Shown here piece by piece: positions 36,202-46,423 of a stretch of DNA of 64,000 bases; within the stretch, counting starts at the first letter, position 1, and every line of letters starts with the position of its first letter. Where the stretch lies: assembly GCA_023665575.1 (NCBI GenBank), contig JAMPDQ010000004.1, positions 11,430 through 75,429 on the forward strand. The letters run 5' to 3'. The notes beneath the pieces are model-generated. The model was not told where the DNA came from. It ran no database searches and worked only from the letters and a program-made list of their open reading frames with translations. Source of the stretch: Candidatus Amulumruptor caecigallinarius (GTDB lineage Bacteria > Bacteroidota > Bacteroidia > Bacteroidales > Muribaculaceae). The position numbers and the translations under genes are program-made.

Positions 36202-36209
36202 TATCTTTG
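36202..36209 (+). promoter_or_regulatory. Candidate -7 box TATCTTTG immediately upstream of rnpA
   Basis: Fits TAnnTTTG and ends 4 nt before the ATG at 36214. Confidence 0.35.
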
Positions 36210-36213
36210 CGAA

Positions 36214-36714
36214 ATGAGCCACGAGAAAAACAACACACACATTTCCTGCGACACGATTCCGGAGTTGCGGTGCGGCAGTGGATTCGGCAAGCCGGAGCGA
36301 CTTCATCACCGCTCGCTTGTTAACGGACTGTTTGAGGAGGGTGAATCGGCATTTGAATTTCCGATTCGCATGGTGTGGCGTGCGCTTGGAGCAGAGCAGC
36401 TGGGCACACAATTTCGCGATGGTATTCCTTCCGGCATCGGGAGGGTGCAGGTGATGGTAGTCGTGCCGAAGCGCAAGCGCAAGCATGCAGTAGACAGAGT
36501 GCTTTTGCGCCGCCGCATCCGGGAAGCCTACCGCCGGCACCGGCAAAGGCTGATCAAACTTGTGGAGCAACATCCGGAGGTGAGAACATTTCAGGCTGCC
36601 TTTGTCTACATTCACAATGAAAACACCGATGGAATGTTTATCCACAAAAAGATGGGCAAACTGATTGGCAGGATTGAGGCGCGATGGAAAGATCCGGCAG
36701 CTGAGCAAAAGTGA
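36214..36714 (+). CDS. rnpA: Ribonuclease P protein component
   Basis: [17 protein letters not shown]...FEFPIRMVW matches the RnpA N-terminal pattern. A basic RR-rich region follows. The listed ORF start (36076) lies in the repeat array and is rejected. The true start is uncertain (ATG at 36214 or a downstream in-frame TTG). Confidence 0.8.
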   Translation: MSHEKNNTHISCDTIPELRCGSGFGKPERLHHRSLVNGLFEEGESAFEFPIRMVWRALGAEQLGTQFRDGIPSGIGRVQVMVVVPKRKRKHAVDRVLLRRRIREAYRRHRQRLIKLVEQHPEVRTFQAAFVYIHNENTDGMFIHKKMGKLIGRIEARWKDPAAEQK

Positions 36715-36756
36715 AAGAAGAGATAAACGCGGAAGCGGGAAGCGATAAATAGAGCG

Positions 36757-37011
36757 GTGATGGGAGAAATAATGGAAGTAAGAAACAGAGCGAGAAAGGC
36801 GACCCAAAAAATGGCGATTGCCCCGATACGCTTTTATCAATACGCCATTTCGCCCCACTTTCCGGCGGCCTGCCGCTACACTCCCACGTGCAGTCAGTAT
36901 GCAGTGGAAGCCATTGCCAAATATGGTGCGCTCAAAGGTATAAAAATGGCAGCGAAGCGTATCTGTCGCTGCCATCCGTGGGGAGGCGGCGGCTATGACC
37001 CGGTGCCCTGA
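36757..37011 (+). CDS. yidD: Membrane protein insertion efficiency factor YidD
   Basis: [13 protein letters not shown]...[15 protein letters not shown]...[14 protein letters not shown] is a full YidD signature. The start is uncertain (GTG 36757, ATG 36760 or ATG 36811). Confidence 0.9.
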   Translation: MMGEIMEVRNRARKATQKMAIAPIRFYQYAISPHFPAACRYTPTCSQYAVEAIAKYGALKGIKMAAKRICRCHPWGGGGYDPVP

Positions 37012-37108
37012 CAGAAAAAACAGAAAAACAAAACTTGCACCACAGATGTTATTATTGTAACATCAGAATTAGAATATTGCTTTGGGTAAAAAGATTAAGA
37101 GTTGTTTC

Positions 37109-37864
37109 ATGAAAAAAAGATTGCTTGACATTCACACTCATCATGATGCACCGCAACCGGAAGGTGTGGTGGCGATATGTGTGAAGCCGGAAATAACAGG
37201 ATACAAATTTACAGAGGGTCAGGCCTACAGTGTTGGCATTCACCCTTGGGACACGGTGGCTGAGCCGACAGACAGAATGTGGGACGAGCTTCGCCGCATT
37301 GCTGAGCGCAAAGATGTGAAGGCAATCGGAGAGGCGGGAATAGACCTCACCCCGCACGGGGGACCGCTGTTCAGGCAATTGCTGGTGTTTCGAAAACAAG
37401 TGGAGCTTTCCGAGGAGCTGTGCAAGCCTCTCGTGATTCACGATGTGAAGGCACACGACATCATAACGGGGGCACGGCGCGACTTAAAGCCGTGTCAGAA
37501 TTGGGCTATACACGGTTTCCGGAGGAAGCCCGAGGTGGCTCAGATGTTGCTTCGCGCCGGATGCTACATATCATTCGGAGCGCAATACAACGAAGACTCA
37601 CTTCTTTCCATGCCTCTTGACCGCATACTGGCGGAAACCGATGAAAGCGAACATGACATTGAAGAGGTGATAGAGAAGCTGTCGCAAACGGTCGGCAGAG
37701 ATCTCACCGACATAATCGCTGAAAATACCGCTCGCTTTTTGGGAATAGATGCAAAGGCCGGCGTCATACATCAGCCTGAAATGATTCGGGAAAGAACCAG
37801 TCAAATGGCTCACTACGCTTCTGATTCTGCAGAGCCAAACCCAGCTCACGCATACGACCCCTAA
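37109..37864 (+). CDS. TatD-family metal-dependent hydrolase with a repeat-derived C-terminal extension
   Basis: LLDIHTHH metal-binding start, EAGIDL, and ...ENTARFLGI, the usual family end. A further 38 aa run into the repeat end, and the stop codon lies inside CGACCCCTAATG. Confidence 0.8.
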   Translation: MKKRLLDIHTHHDAPQPEGVVAICVKPEITGYKFTEGQAYSVGIHPWDTVAEPTDRMWDELRRIAERKDVKAIGEAGIDLTPHGGPLFRQLLVFRKQVELSEELCKPLVIHDVKAHDIITGARRDLKPCQNWAIHGFRRKPEVAQMLLRAGCYISFGAQYNEDSLLSMPLDRILAETDESEHDIEEVIEKLSQTVGRDLTDIIAENTARFLGIDAKAGVIHQPEMIRERTSQMAHYASDSAEPNPAHAYDP

Positions 37865-37894
37865 TGTTAAATTTTTATGAAACAGACTCTAAGG
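37847..37894. mobile_element. Solo terminal segment of the MITE-like family
   Basis: CACGCATACGACCCCTAATGTTAAATTTTTATGAAACAGACTCTAAGG matches the TIR at 8971-9018. Confidence 0.75.
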
Positions 37895-37959
37895 ATCCAT
37901 TCCTGATCGCATGCAAATTGCGAAACTTGGGATAACAATACAAAGGTTATAGAAAGGAT

Positions 37960-38496
37960 ATGAAAATTAAAATGTTAACACTCGCGGCAGCTGTTATAGC
38001 GGCATGCTCGCCATCTATTGTCAAGGCCGAGGAGCCGATGACCGGACCGGACTTGAACATGACAAACACCACGGAAAGCACACCGGCTGCGCAGACCCCG
38101 ACCGACACTCCATGGTATTTGAATCTTGATTATGAAGGATTCAACTTTGAGGTGCCGGCAGGCAGCATTGTAGACAAGGGGTCGTCATTAATGGTGAAAT
38201 ATCCCGATGGCACATTCGGTGTGTCAATGACCAACACTGAAGCCAAAGGAGTGAACCAGGCACGTGCGGTTGAGATTTGCCAAAGAAATGCCGTGCAGAT
38301 GCATCTGGCCAATCCTAAAGTTGAGAAAATCACCTGTGGGAAGGCCAAAGGAGCCATTGCATCGGGAATGACAGAGGGACAAGAGATCACCATCATAATT
38401 CTTCCACATGCCGACAGCCAGCTATCCACAATCATCATTGCCACACCCGGCCGTCGGGAATGGGTGGATCATTTTGTAGCGTCTCTCAAGAAGTGA
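37960..38496 (+). CDS. Secreted/lipoprotein of unknown function (178 aa)
   Basis: Signal peptide MKIKMLTLAAAVIAACS... No motif I recognise. The stop codon is the first TGA of the repeat array that follows. Confidence 0.6.
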   Translation: MKIKMLTLAAAVIAACSPSIVKAEEPMTGPDLNMTNTTESTPAAQTPTDTPWYLNLDYEGFNFEVPAGSIVDKGSSLMVKYPDGTFGVSMTNTEAKGVNQARAVEICQRNAVQMHLANPKVEKITCGKAKGAIASGMTEGQEITIIILPHADSQLSTIIIATPGRREWVDHFVASLKK

Positions 38497-38534
38497 GAGT
38501 GGATGAGTGGATGAGTGGATGAGTGATTGGGGAT
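38494..38534. repeat. Octanucleotide array (ATGAGTGG) x ~3.5 running into one ATTGGGG unit
   Basis: TGAGAGTGG ATGAGTGG ATGAGTGG ATGAGTG ATTGGGGAT. The junction with the stop codon is the same as at 28557. Confidence 0.9.
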
Positions 38535-38563
38535 AAGATATTTTTTATTAAATTTGCGTCATT

Positions 38564-39523
38564 ATGCGAAAGTTATATTTAATAACGTTGGCGTTGATGA
38601 CGCTTTTTTTGTGTCCGTATGCGCACGCTTTGCAAATTGAAAAGATTCGATACGGGGATTTTTCCAACTGGGTGACGCGCGAAATCACGGAGTCGAAGGT
38701 TATAGGCGGCAAGAAGAAAATTGTATATGCCGTTGGACCCGCAAAAACACTTCGGGGCAACACGCCTTATCATCCTGAGGGGGGCACTCCCTGGGCCTCC
38801 AGCAACGTATACGCGAAAGTATCGGGCGTTGTGAAGGCGTCTAACACAGTGGAGCCCGCCAATGTCAATGGCAACACCATGGCTAAAATGTCAACCAAAA
38901 TGGAGCATGTAAAGGTGTTGGGACTGATTAATATGGATGTGATTGTGGCCGGCACCCTCTTTCTGGGGAAAATCAGGGAGCCGATATCCTCCACAAAAAG
39001 CCCGTATTCGAAAATGGAGATGGGAATCCCCTACACGAAGCGGCCCAAATGCCTTGTGTTTGATTATAAAGTTGACATGCCCAATGTGAAAACGCGCACC
39101 AAAGCGACAGGCTTCGGGAGCAAGAAGACGCTTCCGGGGCGCGACCAGGCCGAAGTGTATGTGATTCTTCAGAAACGCCGGGAAGATGCCAAGGGGAACA
39201 TATATGCAAAACGTGTAGGCACAGGTCGAGAGCGCTATAACCGCAGCATTCCGCTCACACGCGGACATCAGCTTCAGATTCAATATGGAGATATCAGCCG
39301 GTCAAGCTTTTACAAACCATATATGGGCCTGCTCAACGGAGAGAAAGCTTATCACGCATATAATTCAAAGGGAAAACTCGTGCCGGTGCAAGAAACAGAA
39401 TGGGCTGATGCGGATGAAACACCCACACATGTGCTCGTAATGGCCTCTTCGACATGCGGAGAGGCATTTGTCGGCACAGAGGGTGTGACACTATATATTG
39501 ACAATATCGGATTCGGATTTTAG
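38564..39523 (+). CDS. Secreted protein, PCMD-domain-like (putative carbohydrate-metabolism domain)
   Basis: Signal peptide. IRYGDFSNWVTRE...TPWASSNVYA pattern recalled from PCMD-domain proteins. The family call is moderate at best. Confidence 0.6.
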   Translation: MRKLYLITLALMTLFLCPYAHALQIEKIRYGDFSNWVTREITESKVIGGKKKIVYAVGPAKTLRGNTPYHPEGGTPWASSNVYAKVSGVVKASNTVEPANVNGNTMAKMSTKMEHVKVLGLINMDVIVAGTLFLGKIREPISSTKSPYSKMEMGIPYTKRPKCLVFDYKVDMPNVKTRTKATGFGSKKTLPGRDQAEVYVILQKRREDAKGNIYAKRVGTGRERYNRSIPLTRGHQLQIQYGDISRSSFYKPYMGLLNGEKAYHAYNSKGKLVPVQETEWADADETPTHVLVMASSTCGEAFVGTEGVTLYIDNIGFGF

Positions 39524-39542
39524 AGTCAAACCAATTTAAAAA

Positions 39543-40295
39543 ATGAAAATCGCAATTGTGGGATATGGCAAAATGGGTCATATCATAGAAAAAACAGCTA
39601 TGGAGCGCGGCCATGAAATCACATGCCGCATTGACAAGGATAATACCTGTGATTTCAACAGCCCGGAATTTCGCAACTCCGATGTTGCGATTGAATTCTC
39701 CACTCCGGCCACCGGAGCGGAGAATGTGCTGAAATGCATGGAGGTCGGTGTGCCGGTGGTGAGCGGCACCACCGGATGGACTGCCCGGCTTCCGGAGATG
39801 CGAAAAAAATGCGAACGCGGGGAAGGCACACTAATCTGGGCCTCCAATTTCTCCATCGGTGTGAACATATTCATGACAATCAACAGCACACTGGCTCGAA
39901 TCATGAACAAATTCCCGCAATACACACCTTCAATGCTGGAGGTGCACCATATCCACAAGCTCGACCATCCTTCGGGCACAGCCATAACGCTCGCCGAAGA
40001 GATTGAGGCCGGCACTGAGCGGATCACCGGATGGGTGGAAACAGAGACTGAGGCAGCCTCCGCCCCCGCCGGCAAGCTCGGAATAGCGCATGAGCGGCGC
40101 GGAGAAGTGCCGGGCATACATACAATAACATGGGATTCCTCCGTTGATGATATAACAATCAGTCATTCGGCGAAGAGTCGCGATGGTTTTGCACTCGGCG
40201 CGGTGATAGCCGCCGAATGGCTTGCTGACAAGAAAGGGTTTCACACCATGCCGGAGATGATGGCATCGCTCACCGGGATATCGACAGAGAGATGA
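39543..40295 (+). CDS. dapB: 4-hydroxy-tetrahydrodipicolinate reductase
   Basis: MKIAIVGYGKMGH NAD-binding start and the EVHHIHKLDHPSGTA signature. Confidence 0.95.
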   Translation: MKIAIVGYGKMGHIIEKTAMERGHEITCRIDKDNTCDFNSPEFRNSDVAIEFSTPATGAENVLKCMEVGVPVVSGTTGWTARLPEMRKKCERGEGTLIWASNFSIGVNIFMTINSTLARIMNKFPQYTPSMLEVHHIHKLDHPSGTAITLAEEIEAGTERITGWVETETEAASAPAGKLGIAHERRGEVPGIHTITWDSSVDDITISHSAKSRDGFALGAVIAAEWLADKKGFHTMPEMMASLTGISTER

Positions 40296-40334
40296 CAGCA
40301 TCTCTAATGGAATCGGAAACAGAAAAAGAGAGAA

Positions 40335-41804
40335 ATGAAAGAGGAACAAAACATCAGCAATAACAACAGCACCCCCACAGCGGGAAACGGATTCATTGAT
40401 CGGCTCAGAAGAGTGAAGACAACACGATGGGTGAGATTCGCAGTGGTCTCAGCCGTGTTCTTTTTCTGGGTGATACTTATGGGCAATCCCCTTCTTCTGC
40501 TGATATGGCCGCTGCTTATCGACATTTATATCACCCAATACATTCCCTGGGGATGGTGGAAGAAGACGACAGGCCCCACACGCACCGTGATGGGATGGGT
40601 AGATGCCATCATCTACACGCTGATCTTGATTTATTTCATTTTCGGATATGTGGGACAGCAATATGAAATTCCCTCCTCCAGTCTTGAAAAGTCGCTGCTT
40701 GTCGGTGACCGTCTTTGGGTGGACAAAACAGTATATGGGGCGCGTGTGCCGCAAACGCCGCTGCATTTTCCGCTGGCACAGCACACCATGCCATTGCTTA
40801 ACACAAAAAGCTACATAGAGAATCCGCAACTGAAATATCACCGTATGCCGGGAATACGTTCGATTGAGCGCGGCGATATCGTTGTGTTCAACTATCCGCA
40901 GGGCGACACCGTGACGTTCAAAATACAGAATCCCGACTATTACCAGATTTGCCACGAATTACGGCAAAATGGCATAGCAAACCCCAAAACTTACATTTTG
41001 GAGCATCCGGAGCAATTCGGGGAGTTGCTGTGGCGTCCGGTGGATCGCCGCGAGAATTATGTGAAGCGTGCCATAGGCCTTCCGGGAGAACGTCTCAAGA
41101 TTGTCAACGACACAATTCTTATCAACGGCAAGCCCATAGCGGAGCCGGAGAATGTGCAATATAATTATCTGGTGCCGGTCAACGGCGTAATCAGCAATGA
41201 GAAATGGGAACAACTGGGTGTAAGCCTTGAAGATCACGGCATGGAACCCATGACGCATCCTTATGCCGGTTTCAGATTCTACGATGTGCCACTCACGCGG
41301 ACAATGAAAGCCGAAATAGAGAAATGGCCCGAAGTGATTGGCCCGCTGCAGCGAGAATCCGCGAGCGGAATGCTCGATCTCGGCGGGATGTTTCCTCTCG
41401 GTGCCAATTATGGATGGACACGCCCCGATCTCGGAGAAATATGGATTCCGAAGCGAGGTGTGACATTGCATCTCACCCCTGACAACTATGCGCTGTATGA
41501 ACGCGCAATCCGCACCTACGAAGGCAACAAACTTGAGATGCGCAACGGCAAAATCTATATCAACGACAAAGAGAGCGAATATTACACCTTCAAAATGGAT
41601 TATTACTGGATGATGGGAGATAACCGCGACCGCTCGGCCGACTCGCGCTATTGGGGTTTTGTGCCTGAAGACCACATTGTGGGCTCTCCCGTGTTCATAT
41701 TGGTGTCGCTCGACAAAGACAAAGGACTTTTTGCCGGTAAAATCAGATGGAACCGCATATTACGCTCTCCCAACCCCGACAAGAGTCGTGACAACAAATG
41801 GTGA
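40335..41804 (+). CDS. lepB: Signal peptidase I (long Bacteroidetes type)
   Basis: S26 motifs SLEKSLLVGDRL (Ser box) and GDNRDRSADSRYWGFVP. N-terminal TM segments. Confidence 0.9.
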   Translation: MKEEQNISNNNSTPTAGNGFIDRLRRVKTTRWVRFAVVSAVFFFWVILMGNPLLLLIWPLLIDIYITQYIPWGWWKKTTGPTRTVMGWVDAIIYTLILIYFIFGYVGQQYEIPSSSLEKSLLVGDRLWVDKTVYGARVPQTPLHFPLAQHTMPLLNTKSYIENPQLKYHRMPGIRSIERGDIVVFNYPQGDTVTFKIQNPDYYQICHELRQNGIANPKTYILEHPEQFGELLWRPVDRRENYVKRAIGLPGERLKIVNDTILINGKPIAEPENVQYNYLVPVNGVISNEKWEQLGVSLEDHGMEPMTHPYAGFRFYDVPLTRTMKAEIEKWPEVIGPLQRESASGMLDLGGMFPLGANYGWTRPDLGEIWIPKRGVTLHLTPDNYALYERAIRTYEGNKLEMRNGKIYINDKESEYYTFKMDYYWMMGDNRDRSADSRYWGFVPEDHIVGSPVFILVSLDKDKGLFAGKIRWNRILRSPNPDKSRDNKW

Positions 41805-42361
41805 CACCTTTTGCACTCACACCGCTCTGGATAGAGAGCTATCTTCACAATGGGCATGATGCCCTGATTGCAAACAGCGTCACCGGCACAAAGGGGAAGG
41901 ATTTTGCCCGAACACTAATTGGAGGACGTGCGGGCGACATCACACTCAGCATACCGGTGGAGGGGGGCGCATCAGTGCTGAAACGCGCCAATGCAGACCC
42001 GGCTCTTTCCAACCATGGGAAATGGCGCCGTGAGCATCTCGGCGCCTGGAATGCGGCATACGCACGCACCCCTTTCTTTGTCCATCTTATGCCGGAATTG
42101 GAGCAAGTGTATGCAAATCCCTCATTGCACACGCTTGAAGAGTTCAACAGAGAGTTGCTGAATGTGGCTCTGCGGTGGGTGATTATTGACACAAACAGCA
42201 ACAACTGCCGGGATCTGATTGTTCCTGCGGCAATCCGCGAAGAGAGAAGAAAGCGGATAAGAAACGACCACTCCGTGTTTGAAACAATATTCATGCTCGG
42301 AAAAGAGGCGGCACTGGCACTGAGTTTGTGCTGTTTATGGTTTATGGTTTATAGTTTATAG
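41798..42361 (+). CDS. WbqC-family protein
   Basis: LSIPVEGG...HGKWRREHLGAWNAAYARTPFFVHL resembles the WbqC core. Position after lepB. The C-terminal 12 aa and the stop codon lie in a 7-bp repeat array. Confidence 0.6.
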   Translation: MVTPFALTPLWIESYLHNGHDALIANSVTGTKGKDFARTLIGGRAGDITLSIPVEGGASVLKRANADPALSNHGKWRREHLGAWNAAYARTPFFVHLMPELEQVYANPSLHTLEEFNRELLNVALRWVIIDTNSNNCRDLIVPAAIREERRKRIRNDHSVFETIFMLGKEAALALSLCCLWFMVYSL

Positions 42362-42373
42362 TTTTTGGATTTT
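42332..42373. repeat. Heptanucleotide array (GGTTTAT-like) x 6
   Basis: TGTTTAT GGTTTAT GGTTTAT AGTTTAT AGTTTTT GGATTTT. Spans the wbqC stop and the start region of the next gene. Confidence 0.85.
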
Positions 42374-42376
42374 GGG

Positions 42377-44278
<1,902 letters not shown>

Positions 44279-44310
44279 TTAGGCAGATGCAAATATAAGA
44301 ATTATTTGCT

Positions 44311-45231
44311 TTACAACCATTTTTTTCGGTGCAACACATACCATGCCGCCACTGACATGGCAAAAGAGATGAGAATAATCAGCAGAAACGCATTTGGCAT
44401 GTTGCCGAACCACACCCCCACATTCATGCCGTAGAAACTGGCAATCAGGGTGGGGATCATCAGTATCAGCGATATGCTTGTCATGGTTTTCATCACATTG
44501 TTCAGATTGTTTGATATCAACGAGGCGAAGGTGTCCATGCTGTTTTCAAGGATCTCCATGTAAATATTCACTGTGTTGAGTGCCTGACTGAGCTCAATCT
44601 CCACATCCTCCATCAAATCGGGGTCGCAATCTTCCACAAACACCTTGTTGAGCCGGTCGGTGAGCATACTGTTGCCCTGCAATGAAGTGTTGAAATATAC
44701 AAGCGCTTTTTGAAGCTGCATCATGTGGAGCAGCACGCGATTGCTGACACCATTGGCGAGATGCTTGCTATATTCCGTTATAATATGGTTGATATTCTGA
44801 AGATAAAGCAAAAACCAATATGTGGCCGAATAGATAATCCGGAGCACAAAATCAGGCTGGCTGCCGATGCGGATTTTTCTTTTCCGACTGTGGTCGATGA
44901 AATCGGGGATCATTTCCGTTGCATCATGACACACTGTGATTATGATGTCATTTTTGGTCATGATACCAATAGGAATAGTGGTGTAATTCAGTTCATTATT
45001 ACAATCGTTCAAAGGAATCCTGACGATTGTCAGCAACCAGCCGTCTTCACGCTCGAAGCGCGGACGCTCCTCCACATCGGAAACATTCTGCAAAAACGAC
45101 TCCGGCACGCCAAGATTCTCAAGCAGCCGGATGTCCATGGCATCAGGTTTCTCCACATTTATCCAATAATGGGGACGCCATTCTTTCTTCTCAATAAATC
45201 CTTCGTTCTCAAACGAATAATATCTTATCAT
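44311..45231 (-). CDS. corA: CorA-family Mg2+/Co2+ transporter
   Basis: YGMNV (GMN) motif between two C-terminal TM helices. Confidence 0.88.
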   Translation of the reverse strand: MIRYYSFENEGFIEKKEWRPHYWINVEKPDAMDIRLLENLGVPESFLQNVSDVEERPRFEREDGWLLTIVRIPLNDCNNELNYTTIPIGIMTKNDIIITVCHDATEMIPDFIDHSRKRKIRIGSQPDFVLRIIYSATYWFLLYLQNINHIITEYSKHLANGVSNRVLLHMMQLQKALVYFNTSLQGNSMLTDRLNKVFVEDCDPDLMEDVEIELSQALNTVNIYMEILENSMDTFASLISNNLNNVMKTMTSISLILMIPTLIASFYGMNVGVWFGNMPNAFLLIILISFAMSVAAWYVLHRKKWL

Positions 45232-45386
45232 AATCTTTAGCAGTGGAATCGCAAGAGAAGCAAAATGCTTTCTACTCTATATAACAAAACTCATTCCCTA
45301 TGGGTTGTATTCTCAAAACAATCATTGCACTTATTGCGTTCTAAAATTACAGGCAGATTGCAAACCAGAATCATCCATATTGCAAT

Positions 45387-46355
45387 ATGAAATTCAGAAC
45401 AGAATATATTCCGGAAAGATTTCCTTTCACACTGAGTATTGACCGACCCGTGCTTGCCGTGGGCTCATGCTTTTCCAACAATATCACGCAGCGGATGCGA
45501 CAGGCAGCCTGGAACGCACAGACACCGCTCGGTGTGCTTTTCAATCCTCTTTCAATAGAAAGGGCGCTGCGCATGGCGCTTTTTGATTCCAATGCCGCCG
45601 CCGACTTCACAAATTCAATGTTCAGAATTGAAGATGTGTATCATTCATTTCTCTTCGACTCATCGTTTTCATCGGTTTCAAAACAGAAATGTATCGAGCA
45701 TTTCGGGAATTCGATAACTACAGCACGTGAACTGTTGGAAAGGGGAAACACACTTATCGTGACATTCGGCACCGCATGGTGTTATTTTCTCACCGGAAGC
45801 GAAGATGAGGTTGTGGCAAACTGCCACAAGCTTCCCGCGGCTAATTTTGTAAGACGCCGCGTAAGTCCGCAAGAAATCACCGCGCTATGGAAAAATATGA
45901 TATGCGACCTGAAATCGCGCTATCCGAACATCAGAATAATTTTCACTGTCAGCCCGGTGAGACATGTGCGCGACGGTCTCCCGGAGAATGCTTTGTCTAA
46001 AGCCGTATTACGCCTTGCCGTTAACGAGCTCTGCTCTGAATTTGAATGCTGCAGCTATTTTCCGGCATATGAAATATTATGCGATGACCTTCGCGACTAC
46101 CGCTTTTATAGCTCCGACCTTGTGCATCCGTCCGACACTGCAGTGAACTATATATGGGAAATATTCAAGAGCTGCCTGCCTGATGATGTTGCGCGCAGGG
46201 AAATCGAAAGAGGTGAAAAAATAGTGGCAAAACTCTCACACCGACCCATAGTGTCCGGCACGGAAGCTGAAAGAATATTTGCAGAAACCACTGCCGCTGA
46301 GGCTGAGCAATTCCGCCTCAGACATCCGGAATCCATATTAGGGTCTGTTACATAA
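45387..46355 (+). CDS. GSCFA-domain protein
   Basis: VLAVGSCFSNNI (GSCF motif) near the N-terminus. The stop codon lies in a repeat-core-like sequence (GGGTCTGTTACATAA). Confidence 0.8.
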   Translation: MKFRTEYIPERFPFTLSIDRPVLAVGSCFSNNITQRMRQAAWNAQTPLGVLFNPLSIERALRMALFDSNAAADFTNSMFRIEDVYHSFLFDSSFSSVSKQKCIEHFGNSITTARELLERGNTLIVTFGTAWCYFLTGSEDEVVANCHKLPAANFVRRRVSPQEITALWKNMICDLKSRYPNIRIIFTVSPVRHVRDGLPENALSKAVLRLAVNELCSEFECCSYFPAYEILCDDLRDYRFYSSDLVHPSDTAVNYIWEIFKSCLPDDVARREIERGEKIVAKLSHRPIVSGTEAERIFAETTAAEAEQFRLRHPESILGSVT

Positions 46356-46400
46356 AAACAAGTTGCTCCTAACGTTACATTTTTATGAAACAGACTCTCA
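46338..46400. mobile_element. Minimal or degenerate MITE-like copy
   Basis: GGGTCTGTTACATAAAAA ... GTTGCTCCTAACGTTACATTTTTATGAAACAGACTCT. A degenerate left core plus the right TIR. Confidence 0.6.
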
Positions 46401-46423
46401 GACTCCATTTCATGCAATATATT

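Noticed and set aside
36008-36238. Repeat-peptide ORFs across the GGGGATT array (PIPNPQ... on the minus strand and GIGDWGL... on the plus strand, the latter being the N-terminus of ORF 36076..36714).
   Set aside because: The periodic peptides are a direct consequence of translating a 7-bp repeat. The rnpA homology begins well downstream of the array.
36196-36975. A 259-aa minus-strand ORF spanning rnpA, the rnpA-yidD spacer and most of yidD.
   Set aside because: It is antisense to two genes with unmistakable family signatures. It shows no recognisable motif and has unusual composition. I treat it as a chance open frame.
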